Below are positions 30,602 through 40,437 of a DNA stretch of 64,000 nt, in pieces. The stretch is taken from contig UQTM01000002.1 of assembly GCA_900544025.1 (NCBI GenBank), positions 14,723 through 78,722 on the forward strand, in the 5' to 3' direction. Each line of letters begins with the position of its first letter. Position 1 is the first letter of the stretch. The position numbers and the translations under genes are program-made. Under the pieces are notes generated by a model. The model saw nothing but the letters and a program-made list of their open reading frames with translations. It did no database searches and was not told the DNA's origin. This DNA is from an uncultured Odoribacter sp. GTDB taxonomy: Bacteria > Bacteroidota > Bacteroidia > Bacteroidales > Marinifilaceae.

Positions 30602-31413
30602 CACTCACCTTAGCCCAGGATGGTATTTTTCCTATAACCAGAGACCGGGACGGTAATCCGCTTCCTCATATTCCTGCCTCGGGACTAAATATTCCGGGGA
30701 CGATACAGGGAGAAGGAAAACTCAACGGCATACCTTCTCTATTTGTACGTTTGGCAGGTTGCAACCTGCATTGTCGGTGGCAAACCGACGAAGGAAATGT
30801 ATCGGCCTGCGACACAGCCTATGCCGCTTATGCCGTAAAAAACAGCTATTCCCTTTCCGTGGAAGACGTGTATAAAACCCTGCAAAGAAACTCGGGAAAT
30901 ATCCGCCATATCGTTATTACGGGAGGCGAGCCTTTTCTACAAGCCGAAGCGCTGCAAGAGCTATGCGGATTGCTAAAGAAAGACGGTTATCATCTTACCA
31001 TAGAAACAAACGCCACTCTGTTCGATGCAGCTTTAGCCTCCCGGATCGACTTATTCAGTTTGTCACCCAAGTTAAAAAGTTCCGTCCCTCCCCCTCCTTT
31101 TCAGGAGATGCACGAACGGAACAGATTAAACCCGGAAATTATTCAGAATTTCATCGGTTTCGCTCGCCGGAATCATAAAGATTTTCAGTTGAAGTTCGTA
31201 TATGCTGCCGAAAAAGATATAGAGGAAATACAGACTCTCCTTTCATCGGTACAGGGCTGGAAAAACGAAGATATATTGCTGATGCCTTTAGGAGGTCATG
31301 CCGAAGAGTTACGACGAAACTCCCGTAATACCTTGGAGCACTGCATTCGTAATGGCTGGCGCTACTGTGATCGTCTCCATATTTCCCTGTTTGGCTCGAA
31401 ACAAGGAGTATAA
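30598..31413 (+). CDS. queE: 7-carboxy-7-deazaguanine synthase (QueE, radical SAM)
   Basis: TIQGEG and ITGGEP motifs are diagnostic of QueE. The cluster region GCNLHCRWQTDEGNVSACDTAY has non-canonical Cys spacing. Start set at 30598 (MTLTLAQ..), giving an ATGA overlap with queD. Confidence 0.75.
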   Translation: MTLTLAQDGIFPITRDRDGNPLPHIPASGLNIPGTIQGEGKLNGIPSLFVRLAGCNLHCRWQTDEGNVSACDTAYAAYAVKNSYSLSVEDVYKTLQRNSGNIRHIVITGGEPFLQAEALQELCGLLKKDGYHLTIETNATLFDAALASRIDLFSLSPKLKSSVPPPPFQEMHERNRLNPEIIQNFIGFARRNHKDFQLKFVYAAEKDIEEIQTLLSSVQGWKNEDILLMPLGGHAEELRRNSRNTLEHCIRNGWRYCDRLHISLFGSKQGV

Positions 31414-31418
31414 TGCAC

Positions 31419-32993
31419 TCATTTCCAGTAAAATCGATTCAAAACCTCTTCCATTTCAGGATAAATTCCGTCGTCATCCCCGGCTTCGGCTTTTATTTTC
31501 AGCAAATCGTTTTTCATTCGATCGATAATTTCCGCATATCCGGCATCCCCGTACAAATTCTTATTCTCTGCAGGATCTTTCTGCAAATCATAAAATTCCC
31601 ATGCAGGCTCGGTTGCCCTTTTAACGGTTCCCGTTTTATCCAAAGGTTGCCCATAAAAGAACGCCAGCTTATAGCGTTCGTTCCGGATTCCGAAATGTGC
31701 AGGACGGATAGGATCGTGCAGCCAATAACGGTAGTACACACTTTTCCGCCAGTCTTGCGGCGTTTTTCCTTTCAAATTTTCCCGAAAACTTCTGCCTTGT
31801 ACGAAAGCCGGACGCTCTATTCCGGCATAATCGGCAAACAAAGCGGCAAAATCGATATTCCCGATTAAATCCCGGTTCCGTGTGCCGGAAGGAATTTCTT
31901 TCGGATAACGAATAACGAAAGGCATCCGCATAGATTCCTCGTAAATCAGCCGTTTATCGAAAAAACCGTGCTCTCCTAAGAAATACCCCTGATCCGAAAT
32001 ATATACGACAATCGTATTCTCACTTAACCCCGATTCATCGAGATATTTCAACAATCTCCCGATATTATCGTCGATCGCAGCCCCACAACGTAAGTAATCG
32101 CGAACCATTTTTTGATATATTTTCCTGCGTGCGGCGACAGAATCCAGGCCTTGTGTAGAAAAAGGCAGTTCGGGATACTTACACCACCAGCCTTCAGGAT
32201 CGCGCGTGGCATATTCCCATCTCCATCCCAGATTTTCCAGTTGCCGCCCGGAGAAAGTGCGCCCGCTCGCTTCGGGACCAAACTCCAGTAGGGTTTCCGG
32301 TTCCGGAAATTGCACTCCATCGTATAAATGCCTCAAGCGTTCCGGAAAGTCGAACGGTTCATGGGTAGCTTTAAAATGGCAGCACATAAAAAACGGCTTA
32401 GTTTTATCGCGGCCTTCCAGCCAGGAAATAGTGCGGTCGGTCACAATATCCGTAGAAAAACCTTCTGTTTTCTCTCCGCCGATCCCTTTTTCATTCCAAT
32501 TCTTTTCTGAAAAGAAATCCGGATTCCAATAAACGCCCTGATCATAAAAAACATCGAAATGACCGAAACCTGCCGGGCGTTTCCGCAAATGCCATTTTCC
32601 GATCAACGCAGTCTGGTAACCATTGGAGCTCAAAATCTTGGCAATATTCGCACTATCGGGTTCCAGCGCATCTTCCAACGTATATACCCCGTTGCGATGG
32701 CTGTATTGCCCGGTGAGAATAGTCGCCCGGCTGGGTACGGAAATAGAATTACTGCAAAAACAATTATCCAGCACACAACCTTCCCGGGCTAAACGGGCAA
32801 TATGAGTATTCTGCACATAAGGAGCCAGCACTCCTCCATATATTCCCCATGCCTGGGAAGTATGGTCGTCGGACAAAATAAACAATATATTCGGTCTCTC
32901 CGCTTTTTTAGTCGTAGAGCAAGACAGACAGCCTCCCCCGATTACCAGGGAACAACACCCGGCCACCAAACCATTTGCTGAAATTATTTTCAT
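31419..32993 (-). CDS. Sulfatase (arylsulfatase family S1), signal-peptide/lipoprotein form
   Basis: ILFILSDDHTSQAWGIYG metal-binding start, a formylglycine-site region CSNSISVPSRATILTG (an S-x-P-x-R, i.e. Ser-type, signature) and GKWHL; 524 aa. Confidence 0.8.
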   Translation of the reverse strand: MKIISANGLVAGCCSLVIGGGCLSCSTTKKAERPNILFILSDDHTSQAWGIYGGVLAPYVQNTHIARLAREGCVLDNCFCSNSISVPSRATILTGQYSHRNGVYTLEDALEPDSANIAKILSSNGYQTALIGKWHLRKRPAGFGHFDVFYDQGVYWNPDFFSEKNWNEKGIGGEKTEGFSTDIVTDRTISWLEGRDKTKPFFMCCHFKATHEPFDFPERLRHLYDGVQFPEPETLLEFGPEASGRTFSGRQLENLGWRWEYATRDPEGWWCKYPELPFSTQGLDSVAARRKIYQKMVRDYLRCGAAIDDNIGRLLKYLDESGLSENTIVVYISDQGYFLGEHGFFDKRLIYEESMRMPFVIRYPKEIPSGTRNRDLIGNIDFAALFADYAGIERPAFVQGRSFRENLKGKTPQDWRKSVYYRYWLHDPIRPAHFGIRNERYKLAFFYGQPLDKTGTVKRATEPAWEFYDLQKDPAENKNLYGDAGYAEIIDRMKNDLLKIKAEAGDDDGIYPEMEEVLNRFYWK

Positions 32994-33112
32994 TTTATTT
33001 CTTATATCCGGTTATCAATGACAAAGCCGACACCACAAGCCGCTCTTTATCGTTTACGATCCATTGTAGTAATATACTTTCGACCTTTGTAATAAAAATC
33101 ACATACCCCGGC

Positions 33113-35029
33113 TTACTTTCTTTCCGGTTCCGATTTACTTAACAAGGTCGGAGTTTTATAAAACACGGTCTTATCGTCAAGCAAAAGTCTGAGCCGTTCT
33201 ATAACCAATTCCCGATCATCGGAAAAATCACGCACCAATTCACTGACACTCATATCTTTTTCGGACAATCTTTCAAGTATCCCTTTATCTATATCTCTTT
33301 TACTGACCCGAATCCCTTGCTTTTTCCGTGCCAGGCAAAGGTCACAAACCCCACAAGGCTCGTTTTCTTTTTGCCCGAAATAACGCATCAGAAAAAGTTG
33401 CCGGCATCCTTCTTCTCTTTCCGTATAGGCGAGCATGTAATTTATTTTCCGCTCATACGACACTTTCCGGTCTTCGTAAGCCTCCCGGCCGATTAAAAGA
33501 TAAGAAGCCGGTAAGCGGGGCTGATGATAGACGATATAGGGACGGTCGTTACCGGGGACATAACTGATAATCTTGCGCTTAGCCAGATCGATAAAAGTGT
33601 GGTATATATCCTGTCTTTCCACCCCCAGTTTATCTGCCAAAAAATCCTCACTGATAAAAGCGTATTGCACGAACACTCCCGAATAAGTCCGCATGATCAG
33701 TTCCAATAAGCGTTCCGCCAACTTATCATGCAAATCGATATGGTACAGTTGGTCACGCATCACCAGAAAACACACTCTGGAACGTGAGTGCACATCGGTA
33801 GTACATTCCAGGTAGCCGGAAACCTGCAAAATATTTATGGCTGCTAAAGATTTTACATAATCCAACTTAAAATTTTTCACAAAAACATCACTGTCGAACT
33901 CAAAAGCCCGTCCGCCTCCTTCCCCTTCCTCTAATTGGAAAAAATTTCCCAATGCCTGATAAACCTGCCGGATATAAGCCTTTTCGGGGAATCCTTTGGT
34001 GACACGCATTTTCATGGCTGTCAGCGTGGCCTCGTTACATAACAGTACGGCATAGGCTTTCTGTCCGTCCCTTCCTGCCCGTCCGGCCTCCTGAAAATAG
34101 GCTTCAGGACTATCGGGTATGTCGAAATGCACCACCAGCCGCACATCCGGCTTATCTATTCCCATTCCAAAGGCATTCGTCGCGACAATAACCGGAGTCA
34201 CGTCGTTTTTCCAATCCTCCTGTTTTTTCTCCCGCTGCCAGGCAGCCAGCCCTGCATGGTAGAAATCGGCTTTCACGCCATTGGCCGTTAAAAATTTTGC
34301 CAATTCTTCGGTTGTCGCCCTTTTTCGGACATAAACGATAGCACAGCCGGACAGTTTAGATAAAATATGCAGTAATTCGCCCATTTTATCGTTCACTTTA
34401 CGCACAACATACGAAATATTTTCCCGCCGGAAACTCTTAGAAAGTACATGGAATTGAGAAAACTTCAACAAGCGTTGAATATCCTCGACCACCTCTTGCG
34501 TAGCCGTAGCCGTCAATGCCAATACAGGAGCTTTCGGGAAAAAAGTCCTCACTTCCGCTATACGTAAATATGAAGGACGGAAATCGTATCCCCACTGAGA
34601 AATGCAATGCGCTTCGTCAACCGTAAGCATAGACACCTGCATCCGTTTCAATTTCAAACGGAAAAGTTCCGAAGCCAACCGTTCGGGGGATATATACAAA
34701 AATTTCACTTTCCCGGCAATCGATTTATTAATAGCCGATTCCACCTGACCGGGAGACATTCCCGTATAAATCGTTTCCGCAGGAATACCCAGTTTCCTCA
34801 AACCTTCGACCTGATCTTTCATTAAGGCGATCAATGGCGTAATGACCACACATATCCCTTCCAGCTTCAATCCGGCCACCTGATAAGTGATCGATTTGCC
34901 TCCGCCCGTCGGCATCAAAGCCAGGGTGTCCTTACCGGAAATAACCGAACAAATGATGTCTTCCTGCAAACTGCGAAATTCATCATATCCCCAGTATTGT
35001 TTTAATATGTCCCTGATTTCCTGCTTCAT
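33113..35029 (-). CDS. recQ: ATP-dependent DNA helicase RecQ
   Basis: YWGYDEFRSLQEDII..LMPTGGGKS (motif I), DEAH (VDEAHCISQWG), RQC Zn-binding Cys cluster and an HRDC-like C-terminus. Start at the internal MKQEIRDILK (35029). Confidence 0.9.
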   Translation of the reverse strand: MKQEIRDILKQYWGYDEFRSLQEDIICSVISGKDTLALMPTGGGKSITYQVAGLKLEGICVVITPLIALMKDQVEGLRKLGIPAETIYTGMSPGQVESAINKSIAGKVKFLYISPERLASELFRLKLKRMQVSMLTVDEAHCISQWGYDFRPSYLRIAEVRTFFPKAPVLALTATATQEVVEDIQRLLKFSQFHVLSKSFRRENISYVVRKVNDKMGELLHILSKLSGCAIVYVRKRATTEELAKFLTANGVKADFYHAGLAAWQREKKQEDWKNDVTPVIVATNAFGMGIDKPDVRLVVHFDIPDSPEAYFQEAGRAGRDGQKAYAVLLCNEATLTAMKMRVTKGFPEKAYIRQVYQALGNFFQLEEGEGGGRAFEFDSDVFVKNFKLDYVKSLAAINILQVSGYLECTTDVHSRSRVCFLVMRDQLYHIDLHDKLAERLLELIMRTYSGVFVQYAFISEDFLADKLGVERQDIYHTFIDLAKRKIISYVPGNDRPYIVYHQPRLPASYLLIGREAYEDRKVSYERKINYMLAYTEREEGCRQLFLMRYFGQKENEPCGVCDLCLARKKQGIRVSKRDIDKGILERLSEKDMSVSELVRDFSDDRELVIERLRLLLDDKTVFYKTPTLLSKSEPERK

Positions 35030-35180
35030 ATTCCCGGTTATCTGTGCAAAGATAGAAAGAAGTAAAATCCGATCCGTAAAAATTTGAAAATAATTCGGCA
35101 AAATCAAAAAACACAGGGGAAATGTAAAATTTAATCCGCTTTTTTAGTATTTTCGCCAAATATTAAAAAGAGGACGGAAA

Positions 35181-36017
35181 ATGAAATTTTTAATAGCATT
35201 TTTGATCTTATCACTCATATACTCCTGTAATAAAAAAACGATTGAAGAAAATCCTGTGGCTCAGGTGTTTGAAAGCTACCTTTACGAAAAAGAAATTATA
35301 GACTTTATTCCCAAAGGAACTTCGCGGGAAGACAGTGTGCTTATGTCTCAAAATTACATCCGGAATTGGGTGACTCAAAAATTATTACTTCATAAGGCCA
35401 TAGAAAACCTGTCCGGGGAAGAAAAAGACATCCAGCGACAGGTGGAGGATTACCGCACTTCTTTATTGATACACCGTTATAAGCAAAAACTGATCGCCCA
35501 GCGTCTAATGGAAGAAATTGCCGAACAGGATATCGAAGATTATTATTCGGAACATGAAAACAATTTTGTTCTGACCACTCCTATCGTGAAAGCAACTTTT
35601 TTCATCATTCCAAAATCGGCTTCGAATTTAAAGGATGTCAGAAAATGGTATAAGTCGGACAAAGCCGCCGACCTGGAAAATTTAGAGGAATATTGCATCA
35701 CCAATGCTAAGAAATATGACAGATTCAGTGATAAATGGATTGAAGTGAAATATCTTTTAAACCTGATACCGGGTGATTTCAATACATTGGAGAACGAAAT
35801 CCTGCATTCGAAAACCATAGAAAAAGAAGATGATGAAAATTTCTATTTCTTGAAAATCAGAGAAATGCGATGGGAACAAACCGTAGCTCCCCTCGATTAC
35901 GTGCGGGATGAAATTATCCTGATCCTAAAAAATAAAAAGAAACTCGACTTTGAAAATGAACTCGACAAACAGATAAATCAGGAAGGTGTACGCAAAAACT
36001 ATGTAAAATTTTACTAA
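35181..36017 (+). CDS. SurA-N-like periplasmic chaperone-domain lipoprotein (hypothetical)
   Basis: Lipoprotein signal (..LIYSC). The sequence resembles a SurA/PpiD N-terminal chaperone domain without a clear parvulin domain, and the gene sits immediately upstream of a bona fide SurA-like PPIase. Confidence 0.5.
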   Translation: MKFLIAFLILSLIYSCNKKTIEENPVAQVFESYLYEKEIIDFIPKGTSREDSVLMSQNYIRNWVTQKLLLHKAIENLSGEEKDIQRQVEDYRTSLLIHRYKQKLIAQRLMEEIAEQDIEDYYSEHENNFVLTTPIVKATFFIIPKSASNLKDVRKWYKSDKAADLENLEEYCITNAKKYDRFSDKWIEVKYLLNLIPGDFNTLENEILHSKTIEKEDDENFYFLKIREMRWEQTVAPLDYVRDEIILILKNKKKLDFENELDKQINQEGVRKNYVKFY

Positions 36018-36105
36018 ACCTTATGCCGATCTTCGTTTTTTAGGTAAAAAGGTCGTAGTTTAGGCGGCGGAAAATACAAATTAGAAAATTTATAAAATAA
36101 ACTAT

Positions 36106-37449
36106 ATGAGAAGGTACCTACTATTATTTACTTTACTGTTACAAATCGGTTATCTGTCTGCACAAAAAAATGCAGTAGATAAAATTATCGCAGTAGTGGG
36201 AGAAGAAATCATCCTGAAATCGGATATAGAAAACGAATATTTGCAGGAACAAAGCCGGGGATTGATCTCCTCTTCCAGCGATTACAAAACAGAGATATTA
36301 GAGCAACGGCTGATGCAAAAGTTGCTTCTGGCACAAGCTAAAGTGGATAGTATCTCCGTTACCGAAAACGAAGTGGAATCGGAAGTTTCTTCCCGTATCG
36401 AATATATGATCGCCGACATCGGCTCGCAAGAGCGGCTGGAAGGCTTTTTCGGCAAATCGGTAGAAGAAATCAAGAACGATATGCGTACTCCTATGCGCGA
36501 ACAGTTGATTGCCAACCGGATGCAACAGCATATCGTGGAAAAAGTCCGGGTCACTCCTTCCGAGGTAAAAGCCTATTTTAAAAAAGTTCCGAAAGACAGC
36601 CTTCCCGATATGCCGGATAAATACGAAATCCAGCAAATTATTTTAAAACCCAATGTCAGCGAAGCAGAAAAGGAACGACTGAGAACCAGGCTGCGGGAGT
36701 TCAGGGATATGATCCTGAAAGGAGAGAAAACATTTAATACGCTTGCCGTACTTTATTCGGAAGACCTCAGTTCTGCACCAAGGGGAGGTGAAATGGCCTA
36801 TCAGACACGTACCGAGTTAGTACCGGAATTTGCAGATGCTGCGTTCAATCTGAAACCGGGAAAAATATCGAAGATCGTGGAAACGGAATACGGCTTTCAC
36901 ATCATCCAGTTAATCGACAGGCAGGGAGAGAAAATCAAAGTACGACACATTTTGCTGCAACCTAAAATTTCCGACGCAGAAAAGCAGGAAGCGATCAATC
37001 GGTTGGATACCATACGTCAGTACATTACCGAAGGTAAAATGACCTTTGAAGAAGCGGCTTTTTACTTCTCTACCGATAAACAAACCAAATTCAACGGAGG
37101 CCTTTATGCCAATCCCCAAACTGCCGATTCCAAAATTTCGAGGGCAGAACTCCCGGGAGAAATGGGACGGGTAATCAACAGGATGAAAGTCGGCGATATT
37201 TCAGCCCCGTTTATAGACCGTAACCTTGCCGGGCAGGAAGAATTCAAGATTATCAAATTAAAAGCGTTTTATCCCCGCCACAAAGCAGACCTGGAGAACG
37301 ACTGGGTAAACTTCGAAAACATGCTGAAAAAAGAAAAACAGTATGAAAGGCTGGAAAAATGGGTAAAGGAAAAGCAGGCCAACACCTACATTCATATCGA
37401 CGACAGTTATAAAAACTCCAAATTCCGGTATGACGGCTGGATTAAATAA
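36106..37449 (+). CDS. Peptidyl-prolyl cis-trans isomerase, SurA-like (parvulin domains)
   Basis: Signal peptide, SurA_N-like region and two PpiC/parvulin-type segments (..EYGFHIIQL.., ..GGEMAYQTRTELVPEF..). Confidence 0.75.
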   Translation: MRRYLLLFTLLLQIGYLSAQKNAVDKIIAVVGEEIILKSDIENEYLQEQSRGLISSSSDYKTEILEQRLMQKLLLAQAKVDSISVTENEVESEVSSRIEYMIADIGSQERLEGFFGKSVEEIKNDMRTPMREQLIANRMQQHIVEKVRVTPSEVKAYFKKVPKDSLPDMPDKYEIQQIILKPNVSEAEKERLRTRLREFRDMILKGEKTFNTLAVLYSEDLSSAPRGGEMAYQTRTELVPEFADAAFNLKPGKISKIVETEYGFHIIQLIDRQGEKIKVRHILLQPKISDAEKQEAINRLDTIRQYITEGKMTFEEAAFYFSTDKQTKFNGGLYANPQTADSKISRAELPGEMGRVINRMKVGDISAPFIDRNLAGQEEFKIIKLKAFYPRHKADLENDWVNFENMLKKEKQYERLEKWVKEKQANTYIHIDDSYKNSKFRYDGWIK

Positions 37450-37489
37450 ATTTCCGGCATAACAGGTGTGTAACGACAAACAAACGACC

Positions 37490-38449
37490 ATGGAAGAACA
37501 TGTAAAGCTGATCGACGAGCTGAAAACAACATACGAAAAATTAAAACAGGAAATCTCCCGGAGAATTGTAGGACAGGAAGAAATTATCAACAAAATACTG
37601 ATCTCGATATTCAGTAACGGGCATTGTTTACTGATCGGTGTTCCGGGTTTGGCTAAAACGTTAATGGTTACAGCCATTTCGGAAACTCTTGATTTGAAAT
37701 ACAGCCGTATTCAGTTTACCCCCGATCTGATGCCTTCGGACATTATCGGGACGGAAATTCTCGATAATAACAAGGAATTTCGTTTTATAAAGGGCCCTTT
37801 ATTTGCCAACATTATTTTGGCGGACGAAATCAACCGTACACCGCCTAAAACCCAGAGTGCACTGCTGGAAGCCATGCAAGAGCGCGAAATTACCGCCGCA
37901 GGCACTACCCGGAAACTGGAAGAGCCATTCTTCGTACTGGCTACGCAGAATCCGATCGAACAGGAAGGTACTTATCCCCTGCCCGAAGCCCAGTTAGACC
38001 GTTTTATGTTCAGCGTGATACTCGATTATCCTACGCTGGAAGAAGAAATTGCGATTGTAGAAACGACCACCGGAGCTGTTCCGCCCAAATTGAATAAGAT
38101 TATCAGCGGAGCGGATATTTTAAAATACCAGTCTGTCATTCAGCTCATGCCGGTAGCGAAACATATTACGGAATATGCCGTAAAATTAGTGGTGAAAACC
38201 CGTCCGGGACGTCCGGGAGCACATCCTATGGCGGAAAAGTACCTGAATTGGGGAGCCGGGCCGCGAGCTTCGCAATTCCTGATCACAGGAGCCAAGACAT
38301 ACGCCGCTTTGCAGGGGAAATATGCCCCTGACCTGGAAGACGTGAAATATGTCGCCGAGGCGATCCTGCGACACAGAATCTTCAAGAATTATAAAGCGGA
38401 AGCCGAACATATCCGGGTTGAAAGCCTTATTCAGGAATTTTTGAAATAA
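37490..38449 (+). CDS. MoxR-family AAA+ ATPase
   Basis: Walker A LLIGVPGLAKT, Walker B ILADEINR and MoxR-typical ..ATQNPIEQEGTYPLPEAQLDRF. The ORF-track start 37466 is an alternative; 37490 (MEEHV..) is assumed. Confidence 0.85.
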   Translation: MEEHVKLIDELKTTYEKLKQEISRRIVGQEEIINKILISIFSNGHCLLIGVPGLAKTLMVTAISETLDLKYSRIQFTPDLMPSDIIGTEILDNNKEFRFIKGPLFANIILADEINRTPPKTQSALLEAMQEREITAAGTTRKLEEPFFVLATQNPIEQEGTYPLPEAQLDRFMFSVILDYPTLEEEIAIVETTTGAVPPKLNKIISGADILKYQSVIQLMPVAKHITEYAVKLVVKTRPGRPGAHPMAEKYLNWGAGPRASQFLITGAKTYAALQGKYAPDLEDVKYVAEAILRHRIFKNYKAEAEHIRVESLIQEFLK

Positions 38450-38478
38450 TCCACCGAACACGAGAACAGGAAATTGCT

Positions 38479-39993
38479 ATGCGTAAATCAATGATATTTC
38501 TGCTACTTTGTCTGGCGACATTGTCTTTCTCTGCAACCGCCCAAAACAAAGCGATCATTAAGATCATCCATTCGGATAGCACCATGCCTAATCTTAAAAC
38601 AAACGTATATAGGCTAATCGGTAACGTACACCTGCAACATGCCAATATGCAGTTGTTTTGCGACAGCCTCTATCAGTATGCCGACAGCAACTATATCGAG
38701 GCTTTCGGCAATGTGCATGCCATACAGCACGATCCGAAAAGCGTGGAGAACGATACCGTGAACCTATGGGGAGATTTCATGACTTATAATGCCAATACCG
38801 AAAAAGCAAAGGTGCGCAATAATGTCATTATGAAAGACCCCCAAATCACATTGACTACCGATTTTTTGGATTACGATGCCGGGACACAGGTCGGTAATTA
38901 CTTCAACGGAGGCACGATTAAAGATAGCATCAATACCCTGATCAGCGATGTAGGAATCTATTACGTACCGATCAACGAAACTTTCTTCAAAGACAGTGTA
39001 AGGGTATATACTCCCGATTATACCATGTATTCCGACACGATGAAATACCAAACGGAAACAAAGGTAATTACCATTTTGGGACCGACTACGATCGTCGGAG
39101 ATAACCGGACCCTGTATTCAGAAGACGGTTGGTATAATTCCCTTACCTCCCATTCTGAATTATATAAAAACAATCATATCACCTACAACGAATATCAGGG
39201 GCAAGCCGATACGATCGTGATCGACAGTATCAGTCAGAATGCTATTCTGAAAGAAAATCTGCATCTGGTGGATACCGCTAACAACATTATTATAGAGGGA
39301 GAATACGGGGAAGTATGGAAAAATAACGATTACGCTTTTGTAACCGACCGTGCATTGATGATCCTGGTGGGAGCCGATTCTCTTTTCATTCATGGGGATA
39401 CCCTTTCCGTCAGTAAAGATTCCATCGGAAACAATGTCATGAAAGCCTACTACTACACCAAGTTTTACAGCCTCGACATGCAGGGACGTTGTGATTCGAT
39501 GGTGTTTCCGGTAGCCGATTCTACGGTTTATCTTTATATCGACCCCATTGTTTGGGCGACAGGCAATCAAATGACGGGGACAACCATCGATATGCTATTA
39601 AAAAACAATCAGGTCGATCGCTTCCATCTGAACAATAAGGCAATGATTATCAATCAGATCGATACGGTCATGTTTAATCAGATCAAAGGCAGGAAGATGA
39701 CCGGCTATATGCGGGACAACGAGCTTTTCAAGGTAGATATCGAGGGGAACGGGGAAGTTCTTTATTACACGGACGATCAGGGTGAAATCATCGGACTGAA
39801 CAAGACCATCTGTTCCAATATGAAAATTTTCCTGAAAGAAAGAAAAGTAAACGAAATTGTGTTCCTGAATAAACCGGAAGGAAACGTTACTCCTCTTTTT
39901 ATGCTGAAACCGGAAGATAGAAGGCTGAAAGACTTCAACTGGCGGATTTATCTACGTCCCCGGAATAAAGAAGATATCTTTATGCATTATTAA
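38479..39993 (+). CDS. OstA-like (LptA/LptD N-terminal-like) repeat protein, secreted
   Basis: Signal peptide and a beta-rich sequence with repeated OstA-like segments (NVHLQHANMQLFCDSL, GDTLSVSKDS..); 504 aa. The family call is tentative. Confidence 0.5.
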   Translation: MRKSMIFLLLCLATLSFSATAQNKAIIKIIHSDSTMPNLKTNVYRLIGNVHLQHANMQLFCDSLYQYADSNYIEAFGNVHAIQHDPKSVENDTVNLWGDFMTYNANTEKAKVRNNVIMKDPQITLTTDFLDYDAGTQVGNYFNGGTIKDSINTLISDVGIYYVPINETFFKDSVRVYTPDYTMYSDTMKYQTETKVITILGPTTIVGDNRTLYSEDGWYNSLTSHSELYKNNHITYNEYQGQADTIVIDSISQNAILKENLHLVDTANNIIIEGEYGEVWKNNDYAFVTDRALMILVGADSLFIHGDTLSVSKDSIGNNVMKAYYYTKFYSLDMQGRCDSMVFPVADSTVYLYIDPIVWATGNQMTGTTIDMLLKNNQVDRFHLNNKAMIINQIDTVMFNQIKGRKMTGYMRDNELFKVDIEGNGEVLYYTDDQGEIIGLNKTICSNMKIFLKERKVNEIVFLNKPEGNVTPLFMLKPEDRRLKDFNWRIYLRPRNKEDIFMHY

Positions 39994-39999
39994 AATGTT

Positions 40000-40383
40000 A
40001 TGGAATATGATTTCCATATCGCTCCCTGTGGCATAAATTGTTCGCTTTGCACCGTTTTCCAGCGAAAACAAAACAAATGTAATGGTTGCCGTAGCGACTG
40101 GACCCGAAAGCCCAAACATTGTGCGGACTGCTTCATCAAAAACTGTAATCTTCGAACATCTCCTTATTGTTACTCTTGCCGGAAATTTCCCTGTATCCGT
40201 TTAAAGAATTTAGAGATACGTTATAGGAAAAATTATCAAATCAGCCCACTTCAAAATTTAGAAATAATCCGGAGACAAGGGATAGAATATTTTATAACGC
40301 AGGAAACAGCCAGATGGACCTGCTCCCGGTGTGGACAATTGAAAAGTGTTCATCAACTGCTTTGCCCCCACTGCAACCCATAA
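40000..40383 (+). CDS. Cysteine-rich DUF3795-like protein (127 aa, about 15 Cys)
   Basis: Multiple CxxC pairs (CSLC, CNGC, CADC, CYSC, CSRC, CPHC) arranged as in the DUF3795 family. Confidence 0.55.
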   Translation: MEYDFHIAPCGINCSLCTVFQRKQNKCNGCRSDWTRKPKHCADCFIKNCNLRTSPYCYSCRKFPCIRLKNLEIRYRKNYQISPLQNLEIIRRQGIEYFITQETARWTCSRCGQLKSVHQLLCPHCNP

Positions 40384-40437
40384 AAAATGAGGATATCGGA
40401 GATATCCTCATTTCAAATATTTTTCAGCTATTCATTT

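Noticed and set aside
33328-33709. Small ORFs antisense to recQ (33328-33567, 33524-33709) and the many antisense ORFs inside dnaB, recN, gyrB, the Ca-ATPase gene and others
   Set aside because: They are shadow ORFs inside well-supported genes, with no homology or signal features.
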